Part shown: positions 28,105-38,830 of the stretch, in pieces
Layout: the number at the start of each line of letters is the position of its first letter
Numbering within the stretch: the first letter of the stretch is position 1
DNA from: a virus
IMG/VR virus record: IMGVR_UViG_3300027816_000057
DNA: 64,000 bases
Direction: 5' to 3' (one strand)
Notes under the pieces: model-generated
The model's input: the letters and a program-made list of their open reading frames with translations, nothing else
What the model was told of the DNA's origin: nothing
The model's database searches: none
Position numbers and translations under genes: made by a program

Positions 28105-31100
28105 TATTCAGTTCCCGGAACCGGTATAGATTCTGTATTGGGTCTTGTACCTGTAGCTTTTTCAATTGCTGTAGCGATAGCATCTGCGATATTATTATTA
28201 TTATTTCTGATCAATTCTTTAAAAATAGACCCGTTGATTATATTTAAATCAACTTGAATTGGAGATACTTTAATTTCAGTAACTATACCGCCATTACCGC
28301 CGGTAAATCCTTTAACAAAATTAGATAGTTGTTCGGCGGCTACTTTTACGCTTTCTAAAGCGGTAGAACCGTCTTTACTAAAATTTAAAATAGACGTTAA
28401 CATAGCGGTACTGTTTTCTATTGCTAATTTAGCGTCTTTTCCTTGCTGCTCCGACTCTTTTAATTGAAGAGTAACTAATTTAAGCTGTTTGTCTCTTAAT
28501 TCTTTTTCTTGCTCGTTACGATTTAATATTTCTTTACGCTGTGCTTCTAAGGCTTGCTTAAATGTGCTAAAAAATTGATCCGCATTTCCGCCGGTAAAAG
28601 CTGCTGCTTGTCTAGATAAATCTCTAGCTCCGCGATTTAAAAACGCATCTTCTACTGTTCGTCTAGCTCCTTCAAAAGGACTACCTTTAATATCAGGTAT
28701 TCTTTGCAGAGTTTCAAGCAGCTTTTGTTCTTGTTCTGGATTAAAGCGATTTAAAACTTGTCTAAATCTTTCTTGACCTCCGGCGTTACGATTAATATTA
28801 CCAAAGGATGATCTACCACCACCTAAAGCTGATCCTAGTTGTTGTAGTAAATCTAAATTAAGACTATCCTTACCTCCGCTTTGATTGCTAGCGGATAGGT
28901 TTTCTCTACCAAAATTGATTAATTCACTTCTTTGCTGCTGATAAGATTGTATAAGTAGACCAGTGCCCTGAGTTAACAAATCTAATTGCGTATTATACGC
29001 TTGCAACGCTTGATTAATTTCATTATATGTTAATGCGTTATCACGAATGGCACTATTAATTTTTTCTTGATCTAATAAACTTGTATTTTGGACTGAGAGA
29101 TTTGAACCTGTTCTGCCGATGATAGCATTATTGGCATTAATTCTGTTTTCAAAGCCTATTGAGGATGTTCCTACTCTATTAGCGTTAAAAGCATCACTTA
29201 AAACTTTAAGAGTAGCTGTAAGCGATTGTTGATCGCTTAAATTACCAACCGCGGTCAAATTATTAATAGAAGATAACTGTCCTGTTTTTCGAATATCATT
29301 AATTTGATTACTAAATTCAAATACTTTATTGCTAGAGTCGATCAATCGTTCATTAAATCTATTAACCGACTCTTGTATTTTATTAAAACTGTCATTTACA
29401 CTAGCTATAGATGCTCTTATAACCTCAACAACACCATTTAACTGCTGATTAGCTAATTCTGATATTCCGTTTACACCGCCTGAATTAAAAGCGTTTATAA
29501 AATCTTCGCTTTTAATTTTTTTTCCAGTTGTTATTTGTAATTCACTTATAATTTGACCTATACGTTCTGTTCCGGGATCAACAAAAGTATTTAAAGGTGT
29601 ACGGCCTTCGCTAGTATTATTTACAAAATCTAAAGCAGCTCTTGAGGCGTTTTTAAGATTATCTGGATTTGACAATATGGTTTTTAATTCATTTATTCTA
29701 GAATCTATACCATCTGATATTTGTTTAAATACAGCAACTTGCTGTTGATCTATTCCGGTTCCTTGCAAAATTGATGCATTAGAACTAATAGCATTAAGTA
29801 AATTTTTACCGCTTAAATTTAATGACGCAGGCTCAAATTCACCACGAATAGACGGAATATTAGAAGTTAATAATTCGTTTCTTTGTAATAAATTTTCTTT
29901 ATTGAGAGATATTTCAGATACTAAAGACGTAACAGAACTATTAAAGAAATTAGTTAAGTCAATAAAATTAGCTTCAATTTGTTTTAAATTCTGTTTAAAG
30001 TTTTTGCTTTGGGCACCAGCAACAGAATCGAATACATTATTTATTAATTTAAAAATTTCTTTTAAATCGCCGCCACCAGCACCGATTTGTTTTAATTCAA
30101 ACCCCTCAAAAATAGCTTTTCGAGCATCTGAAGTGGTTCCTCCGCGACTAATTGTAGTACGAACAAATTCTTGTAAGCTTTTCTGTACATTATTATTTCT
30201 TAAAACATTATTTGTTCTATTTACTATTTCTTCAGGATTCGCTTTGAAGTCTAAACCTTTTAAAGATTCAAATCTAAATTGTAGTACAGAATTAAATCTT
30301 TGCTGAGCATTTGCTGAACCTCGTAAATTAGCTGAAAAATTAGATTTAGCTTCAGAAGCATTTAACTCATCTAATTCTTTTTTAGCTTCTTTACTGGCTT
30401 TAGCTAAACCTAATAATGCGGTTCCTACACCAATAACACCGCCGACGGCTATTCCTACTGGACCACCAATTAAAGCACCAACAGTAGCACCAGCGGCAGC
30501 ACCACTTAAAACACTGGATATACCGCTAAAATTTCTGTTACTTCTTATAGCTTCCCGTCTTTGACTGACATTGCCGACTGTAGTATCTTGTAGAAAATTA
30601 TCATCTATTATTTGACTACCTAAACCAGCAATAATACCTCCGGCACCGCTTAATCCTCTAGCTCCTAATCTAAAACCGTTATTACCGCCAATTCCTGTAT
30701 TGACAAATAATGCCGATCTAGCTCTACCAAAACCTCTTTGTTGAGCTGTACTTCTTCGGCTATCTCTTCTTCCTAATATAGAATCAGCAAAAATACTTTC
30801 TTCTAGTCTTTGTCTTGATAAAATTCTATCATTATCTAAAACACCATTAATATATTGATCAGGTAATAAAGATTCAGCTTGTCGTCTAGAAGACCCGCGA
30901 GTTACAAAACCTAGTCTATTGGCCGCAGAAATCGATGCTCGTCCTATAGCTGGTAAAGCTGCTACTGCACCCGCACCAGCTAATAAAGCTACAACTGGTG
31001 CCAAAGTAGAACTAAACTTACTTAGTTGTTCCGATGCGTCAGCAAAAAACTTAAACAAATTACGCAAAGCGTTATTATTAGTAAATTCAGCTACAAAATT

Positions 31101-33029
31101 ATTGATAGCAGCTTGTAGTCTTTGGAATGATACCCCTATATCACCTGCTCTTTTGGCGGTTTCTGATTCAAAAGAACCAGAAGATTGATCAATACTACGT
31201 TCAAACTTACCTCTATCGCCGCTTATAGCACTAAGCAAGTTAAGGAATCTACCGCCTTGATAAACGCCAGCTAATTGCTGTGCTAATCTAATAGCCTCTG
31301 GATTACCATTAAGATTACTTCCGAACTGACGTTCAAAAGCACCTGCGGTACCTGATAATCTATCTTGAATAGTATTACCGGTTACACCTAGGTTTTTTAA
31401 TATCTGTTCGTTTTCTGGTCTAAATAATCTAAAACCGATAGATTTAAAGAAGCTACCAATAGTTTCAGATGATTCACGAGAACGATCGCGTAGCAACGTA
31501 AAGTATTTTAAGAAGTCGTCAAAATTACCGCCAGCTTCAACGAAAACAGCACCGCCTCTTTTGACACCATCAAAGATATCTTTAACTTCTACGGCGTAAT
31601 CAGCAGCTACTCTGTTAACTTTATCAAATATTTCACTTGTATCATTTAATTCAAAATTAAACTGTCTAAAAATAGCAATTAAACCATCGGCGGTTCTATC
31701 AATTCCGTCAAATGTAGCAGCAAGCGGAATCTTAGATAGTTTTTCTGCCGCAAAAGACAATTGATCTATCTTTTGAAAACCGGCCTGTGCTAAGATATCA
31801 ACACCTTGTAAAGTTTCGGTTGTAGAAACACCAGTAGATAAAGACTGGCCTCTAGCGACACTAGTAATACCGCTTACATTACCTCTTGGTACAGCTAAAA
31901 TCTGAGATAATCTAGTTTGTGCTTTTTCAAATTTTAAAGCTTCCTCGGTAGCTGTTCTAAAAGCATTAATTACAACGAATAAACCGGCAGTACCTGTTAA
32001 GAAAGCACCGTAACGTTTTACCGCTAATCCAATCTGATCGCCGAATTTACTAAAACCTTCGCGGGTTTTATCGATGCCTTTAGCGAGTTTATCGTTTTCT
32101 AAAGCCGCTTTTTGTAAAACTTTACTATCTATTCTTTTAGAAAGAATTTCTTCTCTTGATCCTCTAAAAAAATCAGTAATCTTATCTAATCTTCCGGTAT
32201 CAACATTAGAAGAAGGATTCTGCAATATCGATTGTATTCGACGTATTCTTTGTAGTCTTTGTTCTAATAGTCTAGCTGCGGGGTCTTCTCGCAAAAGAGC
32301 AGATTTTAATTCGCGTTCAACTTCTTGTGCGTATTTTCTAGCAGAAGATCGAGCGTTTTGTAATGATACCTGATTTAATTTATTAGCTTGATCCTGCGTA
32401 ACAGACAAAAAAGAGTTTTGCTGTCTAACAGGATCAAAATTGGCATTATTAGCAACACTACGAATACCAGACAAACGCTGAGATGTTACAGATTTACTTT
32501 CTAATTCATTTATTTGTTTTAATAATGTTGCACGACGCTGCAATAAAGCATTATATTCGTTAGAATTATTTTTAGCTTTTTGCGATGAGGTTATTAGTTT
32601 TTCTGATTCAGAAAGCTCATTCTTAATAAGAGACAGTGTTTCTTTTTGTAAAGACTGTCTTTTTAATTCTTCTGCGGCAATTTTTTTAGCAGTTTCTATT
32701 GCTTTTTGAGATAGACCTTCTTTAGCTAAATCATTAGTAATAAAACTATTACCGACTTGATATCGACCGGTTTTAGAATTAAATTCTGCTGTTACAGCAT
32801 TAGTAGCCGTTTGTATTCTTTTAATTTCAGAAGGTATTTGTCGTAACGCACCTACTAATTGATTTAAATCAGCTACTAATTTTTTATTATTAACATCTAA
32901 TTTATTTAAATCAACATTTTTAAATGCCGATTCTATACTTCTTTGAAGCTTGCTTTGAAAAGAGGCTATAGCTGACTGATTAATATCAATCCGGCTTAAT
33001 TCAGAAACTAGATCAATTTTATTAGCCAA
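28104..33029 (-). CDS. tail tape measure protein (TP901-type core)
   Basis: 1641 aa, helical and Ala-rich; LAQAGF...DKVNRVAADYAVE...IGSFFKSI core; Gly-rich TM-like segment; TTG start with AGGTAGGA RBS. Confidence 0.9.
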   Translation of the reverse strand: MANKIDLVSELSRIDINQSAIASFQSKLQRSIESAFKNVDLNKLDVNNKKLVADLNQLVGALRQIPSEIKRIQTATNAVTAEFNSKTGRYQVGNSFITNDLAKEGLSQKAIETAKKIAAEELKRQSLQKETLSLIKNELSESEKLITSSQKAKNNSNEYNALLQRRATLLKQINELESKSVTSQRLSGIRSVANNANFDPVRQQNSFLSVTQDQANKLNQVSLQNARSSARKYAQEVERELKSALLREDPAARLLEQRLQRIRRIQSILQNPSSNVDTGRLDKITDFFRGSREEILSKRIDSKVLQKAALENDKLAKGIDKTREGFSKFGDQIGLAVKRYGAFLTGTAGLFVVINAFRTATEEALKFEKAQTRLSQILAVPRGNVSGITSVARGQSLSTGVSTTETLQGVDILAQAGFQKIDQLSFAAEKLSKIPLAATFDGIDRTADGLIAIFRQFNFELNDTSEIFDKVNRVAADYAVEVKDIFDGVKRGGAVFVEAGGNFDDFLKYFTLLRDRSRESSETIGSFFKSIGFRLFRPENEQILKNLGVTGNTIQDRLSGTAGAFERQFGSNLNGNPEAIRLAQQLAGVYQGGRFLNLLSAISGDRGKFERSIDQSSGSFESETAKRAGDIGVSFQRLQAAINNFVAEFTNNNALRNLFKFFADASEQLSKFSSTLAPVVALLAGAGAVAALPAIGRASISAANRLGFVTRGSSRRQAESLLPDQYINGVLDNDRILSRQRLEESIFADSILGRRDSRRSTAQQRGFGRARSALFVNTGIGGNNGFRLGARGLSGAGGIIAGLGSQIIDDNFLQDTTVGNVSQRREAIRSNRNFSGISSVLSGAAAGATVGALIGGPVGIAVGGVIGVGTALLGLAKASKEAKKELDELNASEAKSNFSANLRGSANAQQRFNSVLQFRFESLKGLDFKANPEEIVNRTNNVLRNNNVQKSLQEFVRTTISRGGTTSDARKAIFEGFELKQIGAGGGDLKEIFKLINNVFDSVAGAQSKNFKQNLKQIEANFIDLTNFFNSSVTSLVSEISLNKENLLQRNELLTSNIPSIRGEFEPASLNLSGKNLLNAISSNASILQGTGIDQQQVAVFKQISDGIDSRINELKTILSNPDNLKNASRAALDFVNNTSEGRTPLNTFVDPGTERIGQIISELQITTGKKIKSEDFINAFNSGGVNGISELANQQLNGVVEVIRASIASVNDSFNKIQESVNRFNERLIDSSNKVFEFSNQINDIRKTGQLSSINNLTAVGNLSDQQSLTATLKVLSDAFNANRVGTSSIGFENRINANNAIIGRTGSNLSVQNTSLLDQEKINSAIRDNALTYNEINQALQAYNTQLDLLTQGTGLLIQSYQQQRSELINFGRENLSASNQSGGKDSLNLDLLQQLGSALGGGRSSFGNINRNAGGQERFRQVLNRFNPEQEQKLLETLQRIPDIKGSPFEGARRTVEDAFLNRGARDLSRQAAAFTGGNADQFFSTFKQALEAQRKEILNRNEQEKELRDKQLKLVTLQLKESEQQGKDAKLAIENSTAMLTSILNFSKDGSTALESVKVAAEQLSNFVKGFTGGNGGIVTEIKVSPIQVDLNIINGSIFKELIRNNNNNIADAIATAIEKATGTRPNTESIPVPGTE

Positions 33030-33051
33030 ACATCCTACCTTATAAAAGAAT

Positions 33052-33076
33052 AAAAACCCTATATCTCTATAGGGTT
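33052..33076 (-). terminator. rho-independent terminator upstream of the tape measure gene
   Basis: AACCCTATA-GAGA-TATAGGGTT followed by TTTATTCTTTT. Confidence 0.7.
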
Positions 33077-33101
33077 ATTATACACAATAGGACTATTTAA
33101 T

Positions 33102-33884
33102 TTAATCTTTATAAGCTTCTGGATCAACGTCGATAATTAAATTACCGTTTTCATCAACTTTGTGTCCATAAATATTTATAAATTCACCGTTTTCGTTAAT
33201 ATAACGGCCTTTTTCATCTACTAATCTAAAGTTCTCATCACATAATCTACCTTTAGAATCAATTAAACGGCCTAATTGATCAATAAAATTGTATTTTCTT
33301 AAAAACTTTATTTCACTGTTTTCGTTTTCGCGTACATCGTGATTAAACTGGAATTTAAAAAAGTAGTTTTTAGAATCAGCTACAAGTTCTGTATCAGAAT
33401 TGTCTAAATAATCTTCATAGGATTTAAAAAATGTACGATTAGTTTCAAGATTATAAATTGTAGCAAAAATCAAATAATTTATTCGTTCTGATTCAGATAA
33501 ACTTTCTGCAGTTCTATTGTAGAGACTATCGCGGTTAGAATTGAGTAAGTCTATTTGATTTCTTAGTTTTAGAATTTCTAGAGCTACAGCACGACCTTCA
33601 AGTTTAGACAATCGTTTACCGTTGTCTTTACCTGATAACAATACCGATTCTTTTGTTTTTAAAGTTTCGCGTAAAACATCTAGTTTCTCTTTATCTTCTT
33701 CTAAAGATAGTCTAGCTTCTAGTAATTTATTAACTTCGGCTGTCAATAAAGCCCCGTCTTCGATAGCTTGCTGAAAAGCTTTATTAACATACTTTTCAGA
33801 ATCGCGGCGTATTTTCGGTGTTATATCAGACACATATAATGTAACTTCTTTATCGTTCCACTTTGTTTTAAATTCGTTTTTCAT
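33102..33884 (-). CDS. putative tail assembly chaperone
   Basis: Directly upstream of the tape measure; C-terminal D..GR.(I/V) short repeats. Confidence 0.45.
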   Translation of the reverse strand: MKNEFKTKWNDKEVTLYVSDITPKIRRDSEKYVNKAFQQAIEDGALLTAEVNKLLEARLSLEEDKEKLDVLRETLKTKESVLLSGKDNGKRLSKLEGRAVALEILKLRNQIDLLNSNRDSLYNRTAESLSESERINYLIFATIYNLETNRTFFKSYEDYLDNSDTELVADSKNYFFKFQFNHDVRENENSEIKFLRKYNFIDQLGRLIDSKGRLCDENFRLVDEKGRYINENGEFINIYGHKVDENGNLIIDVDPEAYKD

Positions 33885-34156
33885 CTAAAAATCCTTTTAA
33901 TTTCTGATCTTGAAAGTCTAATCTGGTTATTACCATTATCTAGTATATTTTTACGCCATTGACAAAAGCGGTCATACCATAGTTCTTCTTCGGGCGTTAC
34001 TAACGACTCTTCTTTTTCTTCGCCCCACAAATGACCAAAATCGTTTTCTAATTCCGCAATAGCAAAAATAAACGCAGTTCTAATTCTTTTTGATACAATT
34101 TCATTTAGTTCAGTTTCAATATCAATTTGTTTGATTTTTTTAAGAGGTTCTTGCAT
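33881..34156 (-). CDS. hypothetical protein (tail region)
   Basis: Overlapping ORF in the late operon. Confidence 0.55.
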   Translation of the reverse strand: MQEPLKKIKQIDIETELNEIVSKRIRTAFIFAIAELENDFGHLWGEEKEESLVTPEEELWYDRFCQWRKNILDNGNNQIRLSRSEIKRIFR

Positions 34157-35201
34157 TATTAAAATTTCCTTGATTTACCATCATTTTTATATCACGTTTC
34201 ATGTCTGGTAATTCATGTTCTTTTAGCGTTCCTTTATTAGTTAAAGCTTTTTGACGATCCTTAATCCTTTGAAGTCCTGCTCTGTCATTTAAATTATACA
34301 CCTTTTCAGCATCTTCGGGTGAATCAACCACGATTCCTATTTCATTAGAGTTATTAATTTTAGCGTTTTCTGTGCTAAATTTATCTTTCTTTTCTTTTGA
34401 TCGTTTTTCTTGCTGTTCTATTAGCCAAGCATCTAATAAATCATCGTTTTCTATTACAGAATCATCTGGACAATCTAAACTTTCGTAAACTCCGTCATAC
34501 AAAATTGACCAAGTTACAAGCTCTTTTTGATATTCAGTCATTTCAGAAGCTGAGTGTTTAAAGAGACTTCCGGTTTTAGTAGATGATCTCCATATAACTC
34601 TCCAAGGATCGTTTCTAGCAATTAAACGTATCGATTTAGAATCTATATCAAAATTTAAGTATGTTTTTTTTAAAAGAAAATTAACTATATTTTCTTTTTG
34701 TAAAAGATAAAAATCTTTTTCGTTTTCCCACACTCGTTTGTTATTTTTATATGTATTTAAAAATAATAAATATTTGTATTTTTCTATTTTTAATAAATAT
34801 TCAATAGTATTAGTTAATAAAGTATTTTTTTTATTACTTAATTCTTCTATTTTTTTTCTATTAGCTTTTGCGAGTTCTTCCCATCTCTTTTTTTCGTTGC
34901 TTTTAAATTGACAATCTTTAATATTTCGTAATATATTAGTAAAATCTTTAGATAAGAAATCTATTTGCTTGTCATAATCAGGCGACCATAGACCTTTATG
35001 AATTAGTATTTCTACAGATTCATCTTGACTTAGCAAACCTTCGGAAACAAAATCTTCTTTTATGTTTTCGCAATATATATCTGCGAGATAATAATGTTCC
35101 GGTTTAGGATCATAAACAATATACAAATCGTCTAAAAAAATTACCGGCTGATAGCCGGTAATTATTCTGTAACAAAGTTGATGTATTTTATCTTTATTCA
35201 A
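34140..35201 (-). CDS. hypothetical protein, possible tail assembly chaperone
   Basis: Between the tube and tape measure genes; charged and helical. Confidence 0.5.
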   Translation of the reverse strand: MNKDKIHQLCYRIITGYQPVIFLDDLYIVYDPKPEHYYLADIYCENIKEDFVSEGLLSQDESVEILIHKGLWSPDYDKQIDFLSKDFTNILRNIKDCQFKSNEKKRWEELAKANRKKIEELSNKKNTLLTNTIEYLLKIEKYKYLLFLNTYKNNKRVWENEKDFYLLQKENIVNFLLKKTYLNFDIDSKSIRLIARNDPWRVIWRSSTKTGSLFKHSASEMTEYQKELVTWSILYDGVYESLDCPDDSVIENDDLLDAWLIEQQEKRSKEKKDKFSTENAKINNSNEIGIVVDSPEDAEKVYNLNDRAGLQRIKDRQKALTNKGTLKEHELPDMKRDIKMMVNQGNFNNARTS

Positions 35202-36230
35202 TTAGCTTATAAAGTCAAAACCTGTATATGTTACCGTTAATGAATTGAAATTACTATAGTTATATGTAACTGTCATGTTACCACCGGTAGCGTCACCACC
35301 ACCCTGAGTAACAGATGAAAGCTTGTTTTTAGTACCTAAATCTACGGTAACTCCACAGTCAAGAACAATCTTAATTGTTTCGTTAGTAAGATTTAGAGTA
35401 TCTTCATAAGCATCGACAGTATCACCGGCATCTGTTGGTGTAACTTCAACCGAGCATGTAACTTCTACAGGGAAGTTCGCGAAACGATAATAAGGACCGC
35501 GACGGCCTAATTCAAACAATTCGCTACGTCCTAAGTTGCAAGCAACGTTGACGTTTTGAATGTGAGCAAGATACTGACCGTTTACATAGTTGTTGGTACC
35601 GCTAGAACTAATACCGGGAATATCGGTAGGCCAACGTGAAAGAGTCATGTTAACGTTTTGACGACGCTGAGTACCACCGGTAGCTGTTGGTGCATCAGCA
35701 TTAGTAAATCGACTTCCGGTTGTATATAAACCAGTAGGTAGAGTACCGGTATTCCAAACTCTGTTATTACCTACTAAAGTAACTGATTCGGTACAGTTGC
35801 CCTGCACAGGGAAACTAAAGTTAATAGCAGAAAGATACATACCGCTCATAAATACTAGCGATAAAGGTGTACCGCTAGCTGCGTTTTGAGTTTCATTGTA
35901 AATAGCGGCAATAACGTTAGCACGAGCCGAATTATATCTACCGTTTAATGAACTAACGGTGGCTTCTTGTGAAGCCAAGTGTTGCAATAGAGGATAACCG
36001 TCTATAACTTTTTGGGCGGTTAATTCAATATTGGGAATATTTTCGATGTTATCATAAATTTCAATCTGGCCGATTTCGAAGACCTGCTCTAGATTGAAGG
36101 TTGTATTTTGCCCAACACTCTGTAAACCGTGAGCGGCAATATAACCAGTTGGTTGAGTACTATAGTTTACACCATGTCTTGCGAAAGCAAGTGAGTGGAT
36201 TGGATAATAAATACGGTAATTCGTTGGCAT
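35202..36230 (-). CDS. major tail tube protein (two-domain internal duplication)
   Basis: LQSV...LEQVFEIG and IQNV...RSELFELG repeats; own promoter motif and GAGGT RBS. Confidence 0.75.
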   Translation of the reverse strand: MPTNYRIYYPIHSLAFARHGVNYSTQPTGYIAAHGLQSVGQNTTFNLEQVFEIGQIEIYDNIENIPNIELTAQKVIDGYPLLQHLASQEATVSSLNGRYNSARANVIAAIYNETQNAASGTPLSLVFMSGMYLSAINFSFPVQGNCTESVTLVGNNRVWNTGTLPTGLYTTGSRFTNADAPTATGGTQRRQNVNMTLSRWPTDIPGISSSGTNNYVNGQYLAHIQNVNVACNLGRSELFELGRRGPYYRFANFPVEVTCSVEVTPTDAGDTVDAYEDTLNLTNETIKIVLDCGVTVDLGTKNKLSSVTQGGGDATGGNMTVTYNYSNFNSLTVTYTGFDFIS

Positions 36231-36264
36231 GTTTTATTTACCTCTAATACAAATATTATACACT

Positions 36265-37203
36265 TTAAGGATACAAAGGTATTTCAAAAGTACCCCGAAC
36301 AGTCACATTTTGTATCGGTAAAACCAAATTTGTATTTCTTGTAATCGTAAAATTATCACCAAAACGACAAGTCCGGTAATAATATTGATTTATTAAATCA
36401 TTATATAATAATCTATTACTATTTAGTGTTCCACTTATTGAGAGCGGTTTAGGGGCGTTGTTTACATTGAAAGTTCCAATAGATTTTTCTTCTAGCCAAA
36501 AACAAATATCTGTTAATCTTTTACGATCCTGAGAACTTTGTGTAAAAATATCAAATTCTATTTCCGCTTCTACATATTTTGCTCTAGAACCTATTTCTAC
36601 CGGAGATGAGCCTAAATTTTTTAAATATATAAAAATCGACGGTAAATAGACTCTACTTCTTGGATTTGTATTATCTATACCGGAACCGCTAACGAAAAAA
36701 TTATTTCTATCATTATAAAAAGCAATAGCGTCACGATAAAAATTGGTATCAGTGGAATAGACATTAATATGACGTAAAGAATGCTCAACTTCTACTTTTG
36801 AAGCAGAAGCTATTTTATTATTAAATATAACACGATTTAACGAATAATCAAAATAATATCCGTTTCCTATTACGGTACTACCGTTAGGATAAAAAACATC
36901 GTTAACATAAATACCAGATATTCCTATAGGAGATGTTAAACCCGTTGGCTTTAAATTAACTCCTGTTTCCCAGATAACATTATGTTTTAAACCCTCCCAT
37001 ACTTTGCCAACTTCAATACCGGGTTGATCAACTGTTCTATATCGAGATACATTATTGCCTAAATAATCAGTTTGACCTTTAAAGATATTAAAATAAGCAC
37101 CTAATTCCAGTAATCCATAATCGATAAAGGAAACAATATTTTGGACGATTTGATCCTCGACACTGTTTTGCCCATAATATTGATAATAATCTAGATTACT
37201 CAT
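36265..37203 (-). CDS. tail terminator/completion protein
   Basis: LPSIFI and EFDIFTQSSQDRKRLTD resemble the lambda gpU-like pattern; position before the tube gene. Confidence 0.55.
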   Translation of the reverse strand: MSNLDYYQYYGQNSVEDQIVQNIVSFIDYGLLELGAYFNIFKGQTDYLGNNVSRYRTVDQPGIEVGKVWEGLKHNVIWETGVNLKPTGLTSPIGISGIYVNDVFYPNGSTVIGNGYYFDYSLNRVIFNNKIASASKVEVEHSLRHINVYSTDTNFYRDAIAFYNDRNNFFVSGSGIDNTNPRSRVYLPSIFIYLKNLGSSPVEIGSRAKYVEAEIEFDIFTQSSQDRKRLTDICFWLEEKSIGTFNVNNAPKPLSISGTLNSNRLLYNDLINQYYYRTCRFGDNFTITRNTNLVLPIQNVTVRGTFEIPLYP

Positions 37204-37883
37204 GAATTATTATACTCTTTTATCGCTTTATTAAATTCTTCAATAACAGCGGAATTAATTTCTTTTTGAACTTTCTTATCGCTTAAAACTTGAATTATAA
37301 AATTAGGATTTTTATCAAATGAATGATCGTTTAATGACCAGCTTTTTCCCGGCGATTTTATCATAAAAGCACGACCTGATCTAGAAACGCCGTCTTTAAT
37401 ATCATCTATATTAAAAGTTATAAAAGCACCATCAACAGAACCTTGACCGTCTAATAACCATTTAAGCCAAGGAACAATGTATTCATTTGAGGAATAAAAA
37501 GACTGTTCATCAGATAACAAAGATTTTTTGATTTTATCTGGATCATAGGTAATACTTAATGTACTATCGCCTTCTCTGGCTCTTTGAACGACAATAGATT
37601 TAACAACTACATCAACTATCCATTCACTAACTTGATCCGCATCTCCATTCGATAAACCAACAATAGCCGCTATATCTCTATCTTCATCACCGGGATAATC
37701 ACCTTTTAATCCTCGCCATATTTCATTTCTTCTTAAAGCTTTTTCTATAATAGGAATTATCCGTTCCCTCATTTTATCTCTAACAACTCGACTTATTTTG
37801 GGAAGTTCGGAAAATTTAACAAAGTCAAATAATTTTTTTTTAATTGAATTTGTATTTGTTATTTTAATTCTTACATTAGACAT
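37200..37883 (-). CDS. neck/tail-completion protein
   Basis: PWLKWLL.G and SRSGRAFM motifs; synteny. Confidence 0.45.
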   Translation of the reverse strand: MSNVRIKITNTNSIKKKLFDFVKFSELPKISRVVRDKMRERIIPIIEKALRRNEIWRGLKGDYPGDEDRDIAAIVGLSNGDADQVSEWIVDVVVKSIVVQRAREGDSTLSITYDPDKIKKSLLSDEQSFYSSNEYIVPWLKWLLDGQGSVDGAFITFNIDDIKDGVSRSGRAFMIKSPGKSWSLNDHSFDKNPNFIIQVLSDKKVQKEINSAVIEEFNKAIKEYNNS

Positions 37884-38379
37884 TTAAAACTTTCCAATAA
37901 GATACAGCGTATCTTGTTTTATTTCCTAGTCCGTAAGGAGCAAATGATTTAACTAACACCGCTTTATTCTTAATCAAAGGATTATCTGAAGATTCAACTT
38001 CAATATATTGACCTTGTAAAAATTTAGGAATGTCGGATTTATAACATATCATTTTAAATCCACGATCTTCTATTCTTATTCCAGTACTTCTATAAAAATT
38101 ATTGGCGTCTAATTGATAAATTCTAGCTTTAACTAAAGTAGTTTTTGCTATTTCTTTATAATTAGAATTTTCTTGTTTATTAGAGCTAGACGCGAAATCA
38201 GAAATTTGAGAAGGATTACCGAAAATATCTACATCTTTCATTCCTTCAATACCATTATTATTAGATATTGACGCGACGTTATTTATAAAATAAATAATTA
38301 TATCTTTGCCTAGTTCATCGATAAATATTGAACTAGCTTCGTTATACAAATCATAAATGTCATTATTTATTAATGCCAT
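37876..38379 (-). CDS. head-closure (stopper) protein
   Basis: Synteny after the adaptor; beta-rich. Confidence 0.45.
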   Translation of the reverse strand: MALINNDIYDLYNEASSIFIDELGKDIIIYFINNVASISNNNGIEGMKDVDIFGNPSQISDFASSSNKQENSNYKEIAKTTLVKARIYQLDANNFYRSTGIRIEDRGFKMICYKSDIPKFLQGQYIEVESSDNPLIKNKAVLVKSFAPYGLGNKTRYAVSYWKVLNV

Positions 38380-38380
38380 A

Positions 38381-38818
38381 TTAAGGAGTGTACGGACCCA
38401 TAATAGCCTGACCTATATTACCTGCACCTAATTGATACGATTTCTTAGTATCGTCATATTGTTTTTTGTAACCATCTATTAAATCTTTTAATACATCAAG
38501 ATATTTTCCACCATCTAAAGACGACCGATCATCTGTAATTTTTATACCTGCACTTCTCGACATACGTTTGTATTCTTGTCTAAGAACAATTTCTGCGGCT
38601 TTTATAACTAAAAGTGGGGCAAATTTTTCCGATGTAGGATCGGGGCTAATAGAAGGTTCTTCTGTGTCAACTACAAAATTGTTTAAATTTAGATCGGAAA
38701 AAACCTGTGTGGCTGCAATAGCAATAAATTTTGATAATCGAATATTATCATAATCTTCCGTATTAGAATCATCTAATACATATTTTAGTTGATTCGCTAA
38801 AACGGTAGTCCAAGACAT
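38381..38818 (-). CDS. head-tail adaptor protein
   Basis: Helical L...L.D...Y....L..FI..A pattern; synteny. Confidence 0.55.
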   Translation of the reverse strand: MSWTTVLANQLKYVLDDSNTEDYDNIRLSKFIAIAATQVFSDLNLNNFVVDTEEPSISPDPTSEKFAPLLVIKAAEIVLRQEYKRMSRSAGIKITDDRSSLDGGKYLDVLKDLIDGYKKQYDDTKKSYQLGAGNIGQAIMGPYTP

Positions 38819-38830
38819 TTAAAACCTCTC

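Noticed and set aside
34140-34170. Slippery A-AAT-TTT near the end of the 34140-35201 gene as a tail-chaperone -1 frameshift site
   Set aside because: The -1 frame hits TAA immediately, and the downstream gene is in the other frame
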